A DNA stretch of 64,000 bases, taken from assembly GCA_002269645.1 (NCBI GenBank), contig NIVC01003608.1, positions 1-64,000 of the forward strand. Direction: 5' to 3'. Source of the stretch: Macrostomum lignano. Taxonomy: Eukaryota. Position 1 is the stretch's first letter. Each line of letters begins with the position of its first letter. A model generated the notes under the pieces. The model did not search any database and was not told the origin of the DNA. It saw only the letters and a list, made by a program, of their open reading frames with translations. Shown piece by piece: positions 1-11,649 of this stretch. The position numbers and the translations under genes are program-made.

Positions 1-42
1 CTAAGAAGTCGATAAGATTTGAGTCCTGCTCCAGATTGCTAA

Positions 43-260
43 TTATGCGTCAATCTGCGAGTCGATCTGCTTAGGCCGCCGGCACACCGTGGGGCGGGCC
101 ACCGCCTCCCCGACTTGCCGATGCTGATGCGCCTGAAGCTGCTGCTGCTGCTGCGCGCGGCTGCTGCTGGCCGCAATGGGCGGAATGTACGGCGCGTCGT
201 TGCTGCTATCTAAATCGCTGAAGCCGTACAGGCAATTCTCGTCTTGCTGAGCTTGAGAAG

Positions 261-307
<47 letters not shown>

Positions 308-3300
308 GCTGCTGCTGCTGTGGCGGCGGTGGCGGCGGAGGCGGCTGCTGCTGATGGGGCGCAGTCTGGTAAGGATGAAGCTGAGGCGGCAGCTGGTTGT
401 CTTTACCGGACGAGCCTCCGCCGCCAACAGCAGCGTCGGAATCGTCGAGTCCGAGGCGGACTGGCTGTCGTTAAAGGTGTCCGGAACTGGCCGGTTGGCT
501 AGAGCGTGGAGCAGCGGCGGCAGCGGGTGCTGCGGATGCATCTGGCGGTGGTGGCGCAGCAGACAGAGGCGCAGCCGGCAGCGATAGTCGCAGAGTTGGC
601 AGGCAAGCGGCCGAAGCCCCGTGTGCTTGCAGGTGTGGGCCCCCATGGCTGACGCGCTGCTGTACATCTTACCGCAGCCGGGCCACGGACAGACCATCCG
701 GCTGCCGTGCATCTCGGCGATGTGACGTCGAAGCTGCGAACGGCGACTAAATACTTGAGAACAGTTGCGCACTGGGCAATCATTCGATAGCCTATGTTGC
801 TGCTGTTGTTGCTGCTGCTGTTGTTGCTGCTGCTGCTGCGGTGGTGGAGGCGGCGGCTGCTGATGCAGTGGAGTCTGCGGGTACAGCTGCGGCGGCTGCT
901 GCTGCTGATGAGATGCTGCTGCTGAGCCTGGAGATGGTGCTGTGGCAGCTGCTTAGCGTGAGCCTGTGGTATGTTAGGGTGCTGAGGCATGGGCGTCTTA
1001 CTCGCCACCTGGGCTTGCATGCCACGCTGCTGCTGCTGCTGCTGTTGATGATGAAAAGCCGCAGCCTGCTGCTGACGGCGCTGCTGCTCCCCCTGCTGTC
1101 GTTCAAGTGCGGCAGCGGCGGCCTGCTGAGGATGGATGGACTTCACGTGCGATCGGAGAGACGATTTGCTGGCGTAGCTTTTGCTGCAGTGCTTGCACAT
1201 GAATTTGTGAGCTGGCTGAGCTGCCACCTGCTGCTGCGGCTGTTGCAGCTGCTGCTGCTGCTGCAAGTGCTGGAACTGCGGATGTTGCGACTGATGCAGC
1301 TGCTGATGATGCTGCGGGTGATGCTGCTGCTGCATCAGCTGCTGGTGGTGCTGGTGATGATGCGCAGCCGGCGGAGCGCCGCTAGCAGCTGCGGCGGCTG
1401 CGGCGGCCATGTGCGGCGCGGCGAAGAACTGCGGCGCGTACATCATCTGGGCGGCGGCGGCAGCGTGATGCGGCTGCATAGCGGCTGGGAACCCAACTGC
1501 GGCCGCGGCGGCGGCGGCGGCAGCTGCCCCAGGCTGTCGGAAATGTTGATGAGCAGCGGCCGCCAGCTCGTGCGGCTGTAAGTGAGATTGAGACTGCTGC
1601 TGCGACTGCTGCTGTTGCGGCTGCTGATGGTGATGATGCTGTTGGTGATGGTGCTGCAGGTGCTGCTGCTGCTGCTGTACGGCCGCTGGACCGCCGGCTG
1701 CCATGCCGGGCACCTGCGGTTGCTGCGGCGGCGGCTGCGGCGGCATGGGCTTGCGCGGAGGCACCCTGGGCGCGTGATATGCCTCGTATTGTTCCACGTC
1801 GATGCTCTCGGCGTTAGCCAGAATGTCGTCCAGGCCTGTCATAGCAGTGCCAAGCGATTTCCAATCCTTCGGGAGCGACGATTGCGGCGTCTTCTGCTGT
1901 TCTTCGGCCAATTCTGCCGGCTTCTCGGCCTGGGCCTGGTCGGGCTCGGCAGTGTCCGAGTCGCGCGGCTCGGCCTCGCCTAGCGACACGCCGCTCGTGT
2001 CCAACAAACTGACGCCGGTGTCGGCAGTCGGGACGGCGTTCGCCGAACTGGCACCTTCGCCATCGTCGCCGCGAGCCTGCTCGATTGCCGAAGTGTCGAC
2101 GGCGGTAGAATCCTCGGCTGCTAAAGATTCGCTCAAGTTAGGCGCAGCGGAGTCTTCAGTCTCTACTATTGGCTTTTTTGCGTCATTGCCATCTATGCCA
2201 GATTCAGTAGTTTCAGCTGCCGCCGTTTTTTCATCAGTGGCAGCAGTAGTTGATTCTAATGCGGAATCCGGAACAGCATCGGCAGCAGACGGCTCCGTAT
2301 TGAGCTTTTCTCCATCATTCAGAGCGGGCGCATCGTCTTCTGTAGCAGTCTCGGGCATTAAGGTCTCGTCTTGAACAGTAGGCTGCTTTTCTGGCAATTT
2401 CTCTGACTGGAATTCCGGACCGCGCTCGATGGAAGGCTCAGTCTCCATAGTAGCAGGCTGAGCTGCTGCAGCTGGGGCAACCGTTGGCGGTGCTAAATCT
2501 TCTTTTTCCAACTCAGCAGACTGCTTAATTGATTCAATAGACTGTTCAACCGACTCAGCAGGTTGCTCTGTCGACTCAGTGGACTGCTCAATCGACTCAA
2601 CAGACTGTTCGACTAAATCAGCATTAGCAGGCTGCTCAATTGACTCAGCTGACTGCTCAACTGACTCAGCTGACTGCTCGATTGACTCAGCTGACTGCTC
2701 AATGGACTCAGCTGGCATCTCAACCGACTCAGCTGACTGCTCAACCGACTCAGATGGCATCTCAACCGACTCAGCTGACTGCTCAACCGACTCAGATGGC
2801 ATCTCAACCGACTCAGCTGACTGCTTGATCGACTCAGCTGACTGCTCAACCGACTTAGCTAATTGCTCAATCGACTCAGCTGACTGCTCAACCGACTCAG
2901 TTGGCACCTCGACTGACTCAGCTGGCATCTCAACCGACTCAGCTGGCATCTCAACCGACTCAGCTGACTGCTCAACTGACGCAACTGGCATCTCGATTTT
3001 CGCGGCTGACTGCTCAACTGACTCAGCAGTAGGCTCAGCCGATTCAGTACTCTGCTCAACTGTGTTTGACTCAGCAGGCTGCTCAGGCGGCCCAGAAGAA
3101 TCGAATTCCTCTCCTAATTCAGCACCAGACGCTTGCTGCTCCATTTGAAACACCTCCGATGCAACTTGAGGCTCTGGCCGATCAGGCATAGATGATTCAG
3201 CAATGTTATTTTGACCTCCGCCAAAGTCTGCCACTTCCTGAGCTCTATCAGCTTTGACAGGCTCCATCTGTGCTTCAGTATTAGGCAATTGTTCTTTCAG

Positions 3301-3462
3301 AATGCTTGTGTCTGTTGGAGCAGTCAGACTGGAGTCCAAAAGTTCTCTAGCAGCAGCAGGGGCTGCATTATCTCTGATGGGTGGCGCACTGTCACAGTTG
3401 GAATTTTGGTCATTAGAGATGGCATCAGCTGGTGGAGGCGTCGGTGACTGAGCATCAGCCAT
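43..3462 (-). CDS. C2H2 zinc-finger protein (4 fingers) with long acidic N-terminal region and poly-Q/H/A/P tracts; intronless CDS broken by three apparent single-base deletions
   Basis: ORF 499..3480 (likely start MADAQ at 3462) contains CKHCSKSYASKSSLRSHVKSIH. A one-base shift at ~911 continues HQQQQPPQLYPQ...CPVRNCSQVFSRRSQLRRHIAEMH, CPWPGCGKMYSSASAMGAHTCKH-TGLRP (linker) and CQLCDYRCRLRLCLLRHHRQMH. Further shifts at ~447 and ~307 give DDSDAAVGGGGSSGKDNQLPPQLHPYQ...QQQ...DSQIDA and a TAA at 45-43. Confidence 0.85.
2500..3070 (-). repeat. Coding 21-bp tandem repeat (7-aa unit, S-V/I-E-Q/M-S/P-A-E) in the zinc-finger protein N-terminus
   Basis: Unit approximately CTGACTGCTCAACCGACTCAG on the + strand; translates as SVEQSAE / SVEMPAE / SIEQSAE repeats in frame. 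Confidence 0.85.
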
Positions 3463-4445
3463 GCAACGGCAGCCATGCATTAATTCAATTAGTAGAAGTA
3501 ATTAAACTTTTAACTTGATATTGCTTATTTGAATTTTTAAATCAGTTTCTATGTACCATTGTGCTATTCTCTAAAACCTATAGATAAGAAGTTGTAAATG
3601 ATGCCTTCTAACTAAAATGCAATTAAAGCATCATTTTTCAATAAAATACCTGTCAATGTTAACTTAATATTTTCAGATAACTTTGCCTGAAAATATTTTG
3701 TTTATCAGTATCCATTTTAAAAATTAAATGCTTCCTAGAAAGTGACAGGACAATTTAAACATATTTTAGTAGCAGAATTAAAAAGTTAAATTTTATCAAT
3801 AATTTTTTCTATGTTTTCATAAAAATTATTCTATAAACTAAAAAGTTTTTAAATAGAAAAATAGTAAAAACCAAAATGTAAGACCAAATAATATATTTCC
3901 ACTTTTAATCTTTTTAACAATTGAAAATCTATTTGTAACTTAGATATCAGTCAAAACAATATGTTCAAATAGCTCAATTAGATAATAAAAAATACAATAC
4001 AGAAATATCAAGTTTAAATTCAAGCTTTTAAATCTTAAGTCCATTATACTAAAATAAATTTTTTATATAGAGCTCTCTAACTCATATTTTACAGTTTAGA
4101 TATATACGCTTGTATATTTATGTGGGGAAAATTGTTCCTGTCTTTGAAATATCATTATTAAAATATTCATTGAAAAATTACTTTGTTTAGATATCAGATA
4201 GAAAAAATTATATTCTAGCTTTACTAATACTTATATTAATGGCAAATATCTATATTAAAATTATATTTTATTTACTTATTCAAGCTCTTGAAATTATTTA
4301 TGGTAAATTATAACTATAACTAGGCCCTTAAATTACAATTTATATGAGACTTTTAGGTCTGTATTATACAAAAAACAGTATACTAAAATAATTAATTAAT
4401 AAGAGATTGGTATCATATTGGGATACAACTTATAACAACCAACTT

Positions 4446-5307
4446 TACAATGTTTATCCCCAAAGTAAGTTTCCCTCATATATAACTTAGCACTGAAGAT
4501 GCTCAGCTAAGTGCCATGTATATTGTTGCTTTTTTGTCTATGGCCTAACCCCAAATAGGTTGTTAAGTCCTAGCATGTTTTTGAGTTGCATGCCTGCAAC
4601 TCAAGCATACAACCCTTTGCAACCATGGCCACATTGAGCTCATTCTCTTGCTACAACTGTGCTATCTAGAAAATTGATATCAGAGATTCACCAAAAACTT
4701 GTAAGATTCCTAGGAGAAGCTACACTATTTATTCAAATGGTCAAGAAGTAGGTGTGGGAAATTTGAGAAGGATGGGACTGCACAGAAGACAAAAAGCATT
4801 CTGGATAACCAAAGTGAATGCTAAGTATTATTGATGGGTGCTTCAAGAGAAACTGCAACCAGTGATAAGGAAAAAGCAACTAGGCCTTCCGGAGAAAGGT
4901 ATCATCTTCCATTACTACAACACCCCAATGCATTAGGCCAGATAGGTTGAAGAGCTGCTCAACTCCTAGAACTGAGAAATTCTCTACCACTTATACTACT
5001 TGCCTGATTTGGTTCTAGCAGACTTTAATCTGTTCCCAAAGATAAAAGAGAGCCTTTGTGGCTAGCAGTTTTGGATCTGAGGAGCAGATGAACAATAGCA
5101 CTTCATCAGCTTTCCAACATCTGGGAATCGCCAGCTGCAAGCCTGATTTTGAAGTGTAGGTGCATTGCTAGGAAAAGTGCATTGAGCTTGGTGGCCAATT
5201 TATAGAATGACAAATACTTGAAGTTGTGGCTAGACAAATTTTATATTTTTTAAACTTTGCTTACTATTAGCAGCTGACTGAAACTTACTTTTGGGATATA
5301 CCTTATA
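4446..5307 (+). mobile_element. Decayed, internally deleted mariner-family DNA transposon
   Basis: 27-bp imperfect TIRs: TACAATGTTTATCCCCAAAGTAAGTTT (4446-4472) versus the reverse complement of 5281-5307, TATAAGGTATATCCCAAAAGTAAGTTT. Interrupted translation resembles the mariner transposase C-terminus (PDLVLADFNLFPKIKESL, like YSPDLAPSDFHLF; EKCIELGGQFIE, like WEKCIELGGDYVE). Many stops and frameshifts. Confidence 0.8.
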
Positions 5308-6249
5308 GTCTTCTACTTGTTGAATATATAATTATAGATTTAAAATAGTTTATAAAAATATTTTAATTAATCTTTTAATATTAATAATTTACAATTTAAC
5401 AATTATTATTTTAAAACAAAAATTAAAACAGCTTGATTTACTCAAATATAATAAGTGATTTTTATAAATAGAAATATAGAAATATTTCCTAATGTTTATA
5501 CATAAAAAGTTAAATGATCTCATTTTGCTTATATATTTTTATAACCATGGCAATATATATACTTGACAAGGTTCTTATGTCTTATAACCTAATACTATTA
5601 AACACTAGCTAACTTAGTTGATTTAGCCTATATAATTATAAATTATAGACAATAATAGTATCCTAAAAAATAATAAATCATAGAATAAATGATCTTTTAT
5701 ATATTTATTTACTTTTTTTAGTCAAGGTATAAAACAGTTTTTTTTAAAACTAGTTTATTTATCACATGGCTAATATAATTTTATAAGTTGTATATCAATA
5801 TTGGCAGCATTTTTCTGTTATCTTTTTTGTCCTTTTTTAGGAATAGTTTTTGTAGTTTTCATTTTCGTAGTCGTATTCATATAATAGTAAAAATAATTTT
5901 CTTCTTATCCATATGGCATATTAACAAGACAGCTATCTTTACTTGCTAAAGATACTGTAAAAATAGTTTACAATTTGTTACATACAATTTAGCTGCAATA
6001 AAATAGTACAACCTTGCTTTATCATTTGTCTTTCTAAGAACTATTCTTTTTATATTATTTTTACTTTATTTTTGAACTGTTAAACTATATGTAAGTTGGA
6101 AGAAGGGAAAGTGCCAGGTCAGCCAAGACTGGGCCTGAAGCCAACGACTGCCAGGCTTTAGCTGGGTTGGGCAGAACTTGGCCGGCAGGCACAGCCGCAA
6201 CTTCACCAGGTAAGCTAGTGGGTCAAGCCATGCTCATAGTAGGTCAGGC

Positions 6250-6322
6250 CAGGGCTGTAGCCTAGCGGTAGTGCAGCTGCACTGGTGTGCCAGTGACCTA
6301 GGCTCGATTCCAAGTGCAGTCA
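6250..6322 (+). mobile_element. Degenerate tRNA-like segment (SINE-head-like) inside a GC-richer insertion (~6090-6570)
   Basis: A-box-like TAGCCTAGCGG, hairpin CACTG-GTGTGC-CAGTG, B-box-like GGCTCGATTCC. The cloverleaf is imperfect, so this is not a functional tRNA. Confidence 0.45.
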
Positions 6323-7699
6323 CATTAATTTGGGGCTGAATTGGAATCTCAGCTTGGCTCTGCTTGTGTAATTAATAGCCTTAAAAGCCAACCTCCTCAG
6401 GCGCAGTGAAGTTTACATGCCTAACAATAACGATAGTATAAAGTTAGCCACTATATATTCCTATGTGTGTGTGCCTGCATATGTTTTCTTACACTTGTAT
6501 GCCTGCTCAGGGGAGTCAGCAGAATGGGCAGTAATGCCTCTTGCCAGTTGTGTGCCAGGGTGCACACAACTCCCTACCTCTAATAAAATTAAATAAAGTT
6601 GAAAGAAATACATTTATGATTGAATAAATTATCATTAAAACAGAATAATCTAGAACTGATTCAAGTCTATAGATCAATAGCTTTTTAGTATCTTCAAGTT
6701 CCCTTATAAAAACTATAAACTATTTAGATTATACATGCTAACACCTGTCCAACTTATCTAAACTGGATGGATAAAATGGCTACTAGCCAAGGCAAGTTGC
6801 AAAATAAAAAATGCAAAAAACAAAAAATTGGGAGAAAAAAAGAAGAGTAGGCTTAAAACAAGTTATTCCTATGATATTAGGCCTATGCATGAGGATAATC
6901 ATTACCATTATGGCATTAATATATATATATATATATTTCAAATATTTATTGTTATGATTCAACTAGATCATAATTAATAGATAAGATATTTTAGACATAT
7001 AATATTTAAAATTAAAATAGAAATTTTTATATATACCCAGGTTTTTGCTAACAATAGGCCCTAGGCCTAGGTCTAAAAAATAAAATACAAAATTGCATCT
7101 AAGCCTTAACCCAGTCATATTTGAGGATAGGCCTATAAATTTATATTAAATTTATATTATAAATATAAATATAATAGACCCTGTAAATTTGAAGTCAAAA
7201 TGTTATAAATCCTAGTTCCTAGCTAGTCTAAAACATTTTTAGACTCTAACAAATATGTAGTCATAGACCATATGATTTATCTTGAAGAAAGAAACTTTTA
7301 GGCCTAAAAAGAAATAATGCTAGGCCCTGGTCCCCTATCATATTATATAAATATTGTAAACCATATATAGACTACTTATTTGGTAGTACTAGTATTCTAT
7401 GCCATGTAGGAATCTTTAAAGCCTACCTAGGGCCTAGTCTAATAATTAGGCAATAACTCTACATAACGTAGGCCGAGAAATTTATTTACCAATTACTGAA
7501 ATACATTGAGATACTAACATTGATACTATGTTCCCCCAGTCTATCAGTGCACAATGTGTTAAATGGATTCAATCTTCAATGTGCAGTGTGCAAGCGTACA
7601 AGTTAAAAGAATTCTTGGGACAACTATTAGGTCTAGACCGTCTAGGCCTATGGCACAAAACATAAGCAGGTCTAGCGGGTAGCGGCTACTGGCTAGCGG

Positions 7700-7900
7700 C
7701 CTTGGCTTAATAGGTGAACACTAAGTTGACCGCATACCTTTTAATTTTGTTATCATCACTGATAGTATGCCCTAGTCATAGTGCAATAGGTCGAGTATCT
7801 GCGTACAAATTGTATGCGAATAGGCCTAGCGCTAGATTGTCTATTAACAAGACTTGTTTAGAAATTTAATCAAGCAATAAAGTCTTTTCGCGCGAATTTA
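7700..7900 (-). promoter_or_regulatory. Candidate 5' end / promoter region of the zinc-finger gene
   Basis: CpG density recovers here. Palindromic E2F-like TTTTCGCGCGAAT at ~7886-7898. Minus-strand donor-like AAAAG|GTATGC at ~7737 would define a non-coding first exon and a ~4.2 kb intron. Inference only. Confidence 0.25.
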
Positions 7901-8842
7901 AAATGTCATATCATGTTAAAAAGTATTTTTTTACTTATTTAAAACTTACAGTTAAAAAACATTAACATAAAAATATAATTATCAAACATAATATAACCTA
8001 CTAAAAAGAAATAAAACAAAATAATCTTTGTTAAACATACTACTTTCAAGCCGTTGTATTTTCAAGGAGTTAAAATTCGAGGAGTTGAATTAAAAAACTC
8101 TTCGTAATTTGTTCAACTGCATATTATTTGATTAAAAGTAAATGCACACGATGGTACTGCAAGCAGTTATGCTTCGAAAATTTCGAGTGAGTATTAGTGA
8201 TTCAAGAAAATTAAAATGGTAAATTAAATGCTCACGAAAAAAAAACAAGAAAGCTCTGGAATTAAGGGTCAGTGTTTTTAAAACATTGGCATGAATGCAG
8301 TTATTTTATATAAAAAAACAACACTAATTAGTTTCTACTTACTTTCTGAATTGCTCCGTGTAATTCTGATAGGCTTACAACACTCATAAACAAAATTACA
8401 GCAGTTTGAACTTTCAAGTTTCGTCGTAACGAAACGAATTCGAATACTTAATTACAAGGATTACTGAATATAGCTATATACAGTGGTCCTTGACTAATTG
8501 TCCAGAAGAGGGTTTTTTCTTGTTGCCGAAACAATTTTACCGGAAGTCTTGTCACTGAAACGGCTGTAAAAATCCTATAAGTTGTTGGCTTTGTTTAAAG
8601 AAATTAATCGCAAACAATAAATCACAATGGTAAATTTTTAAGTCCTTTCTTCCAGCTGGTTTTTGTTGATCTTGAAATCTTCTCTCGATTTGAATAATTT
8701 GTTCAGTTGTTTTATTTTTATCCCTTGACTTAAAGAAGTCCTTTGATAAGTTAAATGCAGCTAGGCTTTAGCCTCAGAGAAGTATATAAATTAGGAATCA
8801 GAGGGGCCGGAGGCCCCTTGCGCGCATGCGTTCGCAGAACAG

Positions 8843-9765
8843 CTAGGCGAGAGGGGCAGGCAGCATGCAGCAGCCTGAGGGGTCAGCACAAGCCTGCAAG
8901 TCAGCGATGACGCAGTCGGTCAGAGTGGCAGTGCGGGCCTGGTCGCGGCGCAATTGCTCGGTCGGCCGGTGCAGCATGGCCAGGGCCAGAGGGACGGGTG
9001 CACCGCGGCTCAGGGTCCGTAGAAGTTGCCCAGCAGCATCTGACGGAGTTCCAGCGCGGGCTATCGGAGCATTGGTCGGCAGGCGCTCCGGGTAGTGCAC
9101 GCCTAGCACGTAGCGCAGCAACGATCGGTAGAACGCGTCCAGGACTCGCTCTCGCGTCTCGGTCATCGGCTCTACGGCCGCGCGGAATTGGCGCACCTTC
9201 AGGTCGTCTCTGGCAGCTGAATTATTGAAGACGTTCCTGAGGAGGTGCGCGGCGCGCTAGGCCTGGTTCAATTCCTCCTGTCGGAGACAATGACATCGGG
9301 GTTCATCACCCAGTGCGCCGAGCTGAGGTACCGGGAGTCCTCGCACACCGCGATGCGGGCTCCATTGGGCAGTAGGAGAGATGGGGCGGTATTCGTGCCC
9401 ACGTGCAGCGCCTCCGTCTTGTGAGCATTTACCTGGAGCCCAACCCTCGTCGCAGAGCTTTGTGAGAGCGCGCTGGGCGGCAGAACAGCGGGATTTCGTC
9501 AGCATACGCGAGAGCGGGAAGCGAAACAGCAGGATGTCTGAAGCTTCGGCGTGGGACCAGCAACTAGCTGTCATCCTCGCGGAGGGACCGACGAAGCACG
9601 TAGTCCACAACCACGAGGAAGAGCAGAGGAGCCAGCGGGTCGCCCTGAAGGACACCCGAGCTGGTGCCAAACTCTTCTGTGGGGCCATCGCTCGACATGA
9701 CAAAAGCCCTGGAGTCGCGGGTCGAAGTCCATCACCGCGCTCACCAGCGCAGCAAAAGTAGCATA
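8843..9765 (-). mobile_element. 5'-truncated, inactivated non-LTR retrotransposon (RTE-like) reverse transcriptase 3' fragment
   Basis: Minus-strand translation gives SGVLQGDPLAPLLFLVVVDYVLR (RT motif B'), an in-frame TAG, then LPALAYADEIPL (YADD motif altered). With frameshifts it continues VGLQVNAHKTEALHVG, CEDSRYL and LDAFYRSLLRYVLGVHYPERL, typical of the RTE-clade region after the RT domain. Confidence 0.85.
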
Positions 9766-10571
9766 ACTAATTGGTACATAAAGCTGTTTCTAATTACATG
9801 TTCATTCATGTTTGTTCTGACATGCATTTATACCTGCTATTTTTTAATCATAATTTATAATCTCGGCTACAATAAAATGTATTACTATATACGAGTAGTA
9901 ATTATGAACTACAATTTACATGATATTTGATGTAAAATTATATTCCAGATCAATTCCATGTAGATCGAGGTCCCGACTGCGGTATTACTGCAGGACGGAC
10001 CTCTCCAGTATACTACCGCTGATCTTTACCTGAAACGTGATACTGTATTATAAGTGCTTGAATACTCCTTGCTTGATAAGAGTCAGGCGAGTCACATACG
10101 TAATCTCTTAAAGATTTCGGCACGGATTAGGCAGCAATTTTGAAGTAGCGATCCTCATTGATTAAGTAGGCAGTGCTGAAATTCGATATTTTTAGGTTTC
10201 CCAGTCAATTTTTTAACGTCATGCTCAGCTATTTTCAAGTGGTCTCAGGGTAACCCGCGGGAACCTCTGTAAAAAGTAATCGAATGAAAGAAATGGAATA
10301 AATTATTGTTCGTAGATTAGACGATATGCAAATTAAAGCAATTAAAAAATTACTGTAAAAAATGCGAAATTGTTAAAAGATTAAAATAAAAAAGCCTGGA
10401 ATAGAGGTTGTTGCACAGAAGCAATTACGCTACGTGTTCGATCATACAAAGTCTGCTGAATCAATTTTTTTTTCGACTCAGATCTACACCGGCTGTCGAA
10501 ATCTTTGTGAATGCATGCTCTCTCTTCTCTCTGCTTTATATCAGATCAATATCAGATATCAGATACAATAT

Positions 10572-11215
10572 CAGATCATGACGTCACACAATGTCAGATC
10601 ATGACGTCACGTCACACAATATCAGATCATGACGTCACACAATATCAGATCATGACGTCACACAATATTAGATCATGACGTCACGCAATATCAGATCATA
10701 ACGTCACACAATATCAGATCATGACGTCACACAATATCAGATCATGACGTCGCACAATATCAGATCATGACGTCACACAATATCAGATCATGACGTCACA
10801 CAATATCAGATCATGACGTCACACAATATCAGATCATGACGTCACGCAATATCAGATCATGACGTCACACAATATCAGATCATGACGTCACACAATATCA
10901 GATCATGACGTCACACAATATCAGATCATAACGTCACACAATATCAGATCATAACGTCACACAATATCAGATCATAACGTCACGCAATATCAGATCATGA
11001 CGTCACACAATATCAGATCATGACGTCACACAATATCAGATCATGACGTCACACAATATCAGATCATAACGTCACACAATATCAGATCAGACGTCACACT
11101 ATATCAGATCATGACGTCACACAATATCAGATCATGACGTCACACAATATCAGATCATGGTGCCGCACAATGTCAGATCATGACGTCACACAATGTCAGA
11201 GCATGGCGTCACACA
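10572..11215. repeat. 23-bp minisatellite (CAGATCATGACGTCACACAATAT), about 28 units
   Basis: Direct tandem units read from the sequence; about 19 carry an intact TGACGTCA palindrome. Confidence 0.95.
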
Positions 11216-11649
11216 ATATCAGTGACGGTGCAGTGTTGAAGTGTAAAATCAGCTATTATGATATTTCAATTGTCACATTCAGTAAAAAAATTATTAATTA
11301 TTCAGAGCGCGCATCTCGTTTCGCATCTGCAGTCGCATCCATCCAAATAAAAGAGGTTGCGGAGGCTCCGTTCCATTTTATAAAAGTGGAAATCAATTCA
11401 GTCGGGAAAAATGAGAATTTAATGGAATCCCGTATCAGTTTTGCATCTCAATAAGGGATTAAATTTTAATGCATTTTGCTAGAATTTTAAACTGAAAGCA
11501 GCCCCCTATTGAATGTTGAATTTTTTCTGGATTTATTCAACCAAGTCCTTGAATATTTAAGTAAGAATGATTTTTTATAATTATCTTCTTTGTGACATAA
11601 TTGCTAATGAGTGCGGCGCAGCGGCCACTTCTGTTGAATAATTAATTGA

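Noticed and set aside
792-3451. Antisense and alternative-frame ORFs overlapping the zinc-finger gene
   Set aside because: Shadows of CAG/GCN-rich coding sequence and the 21-bp repeat; no independent protein features.
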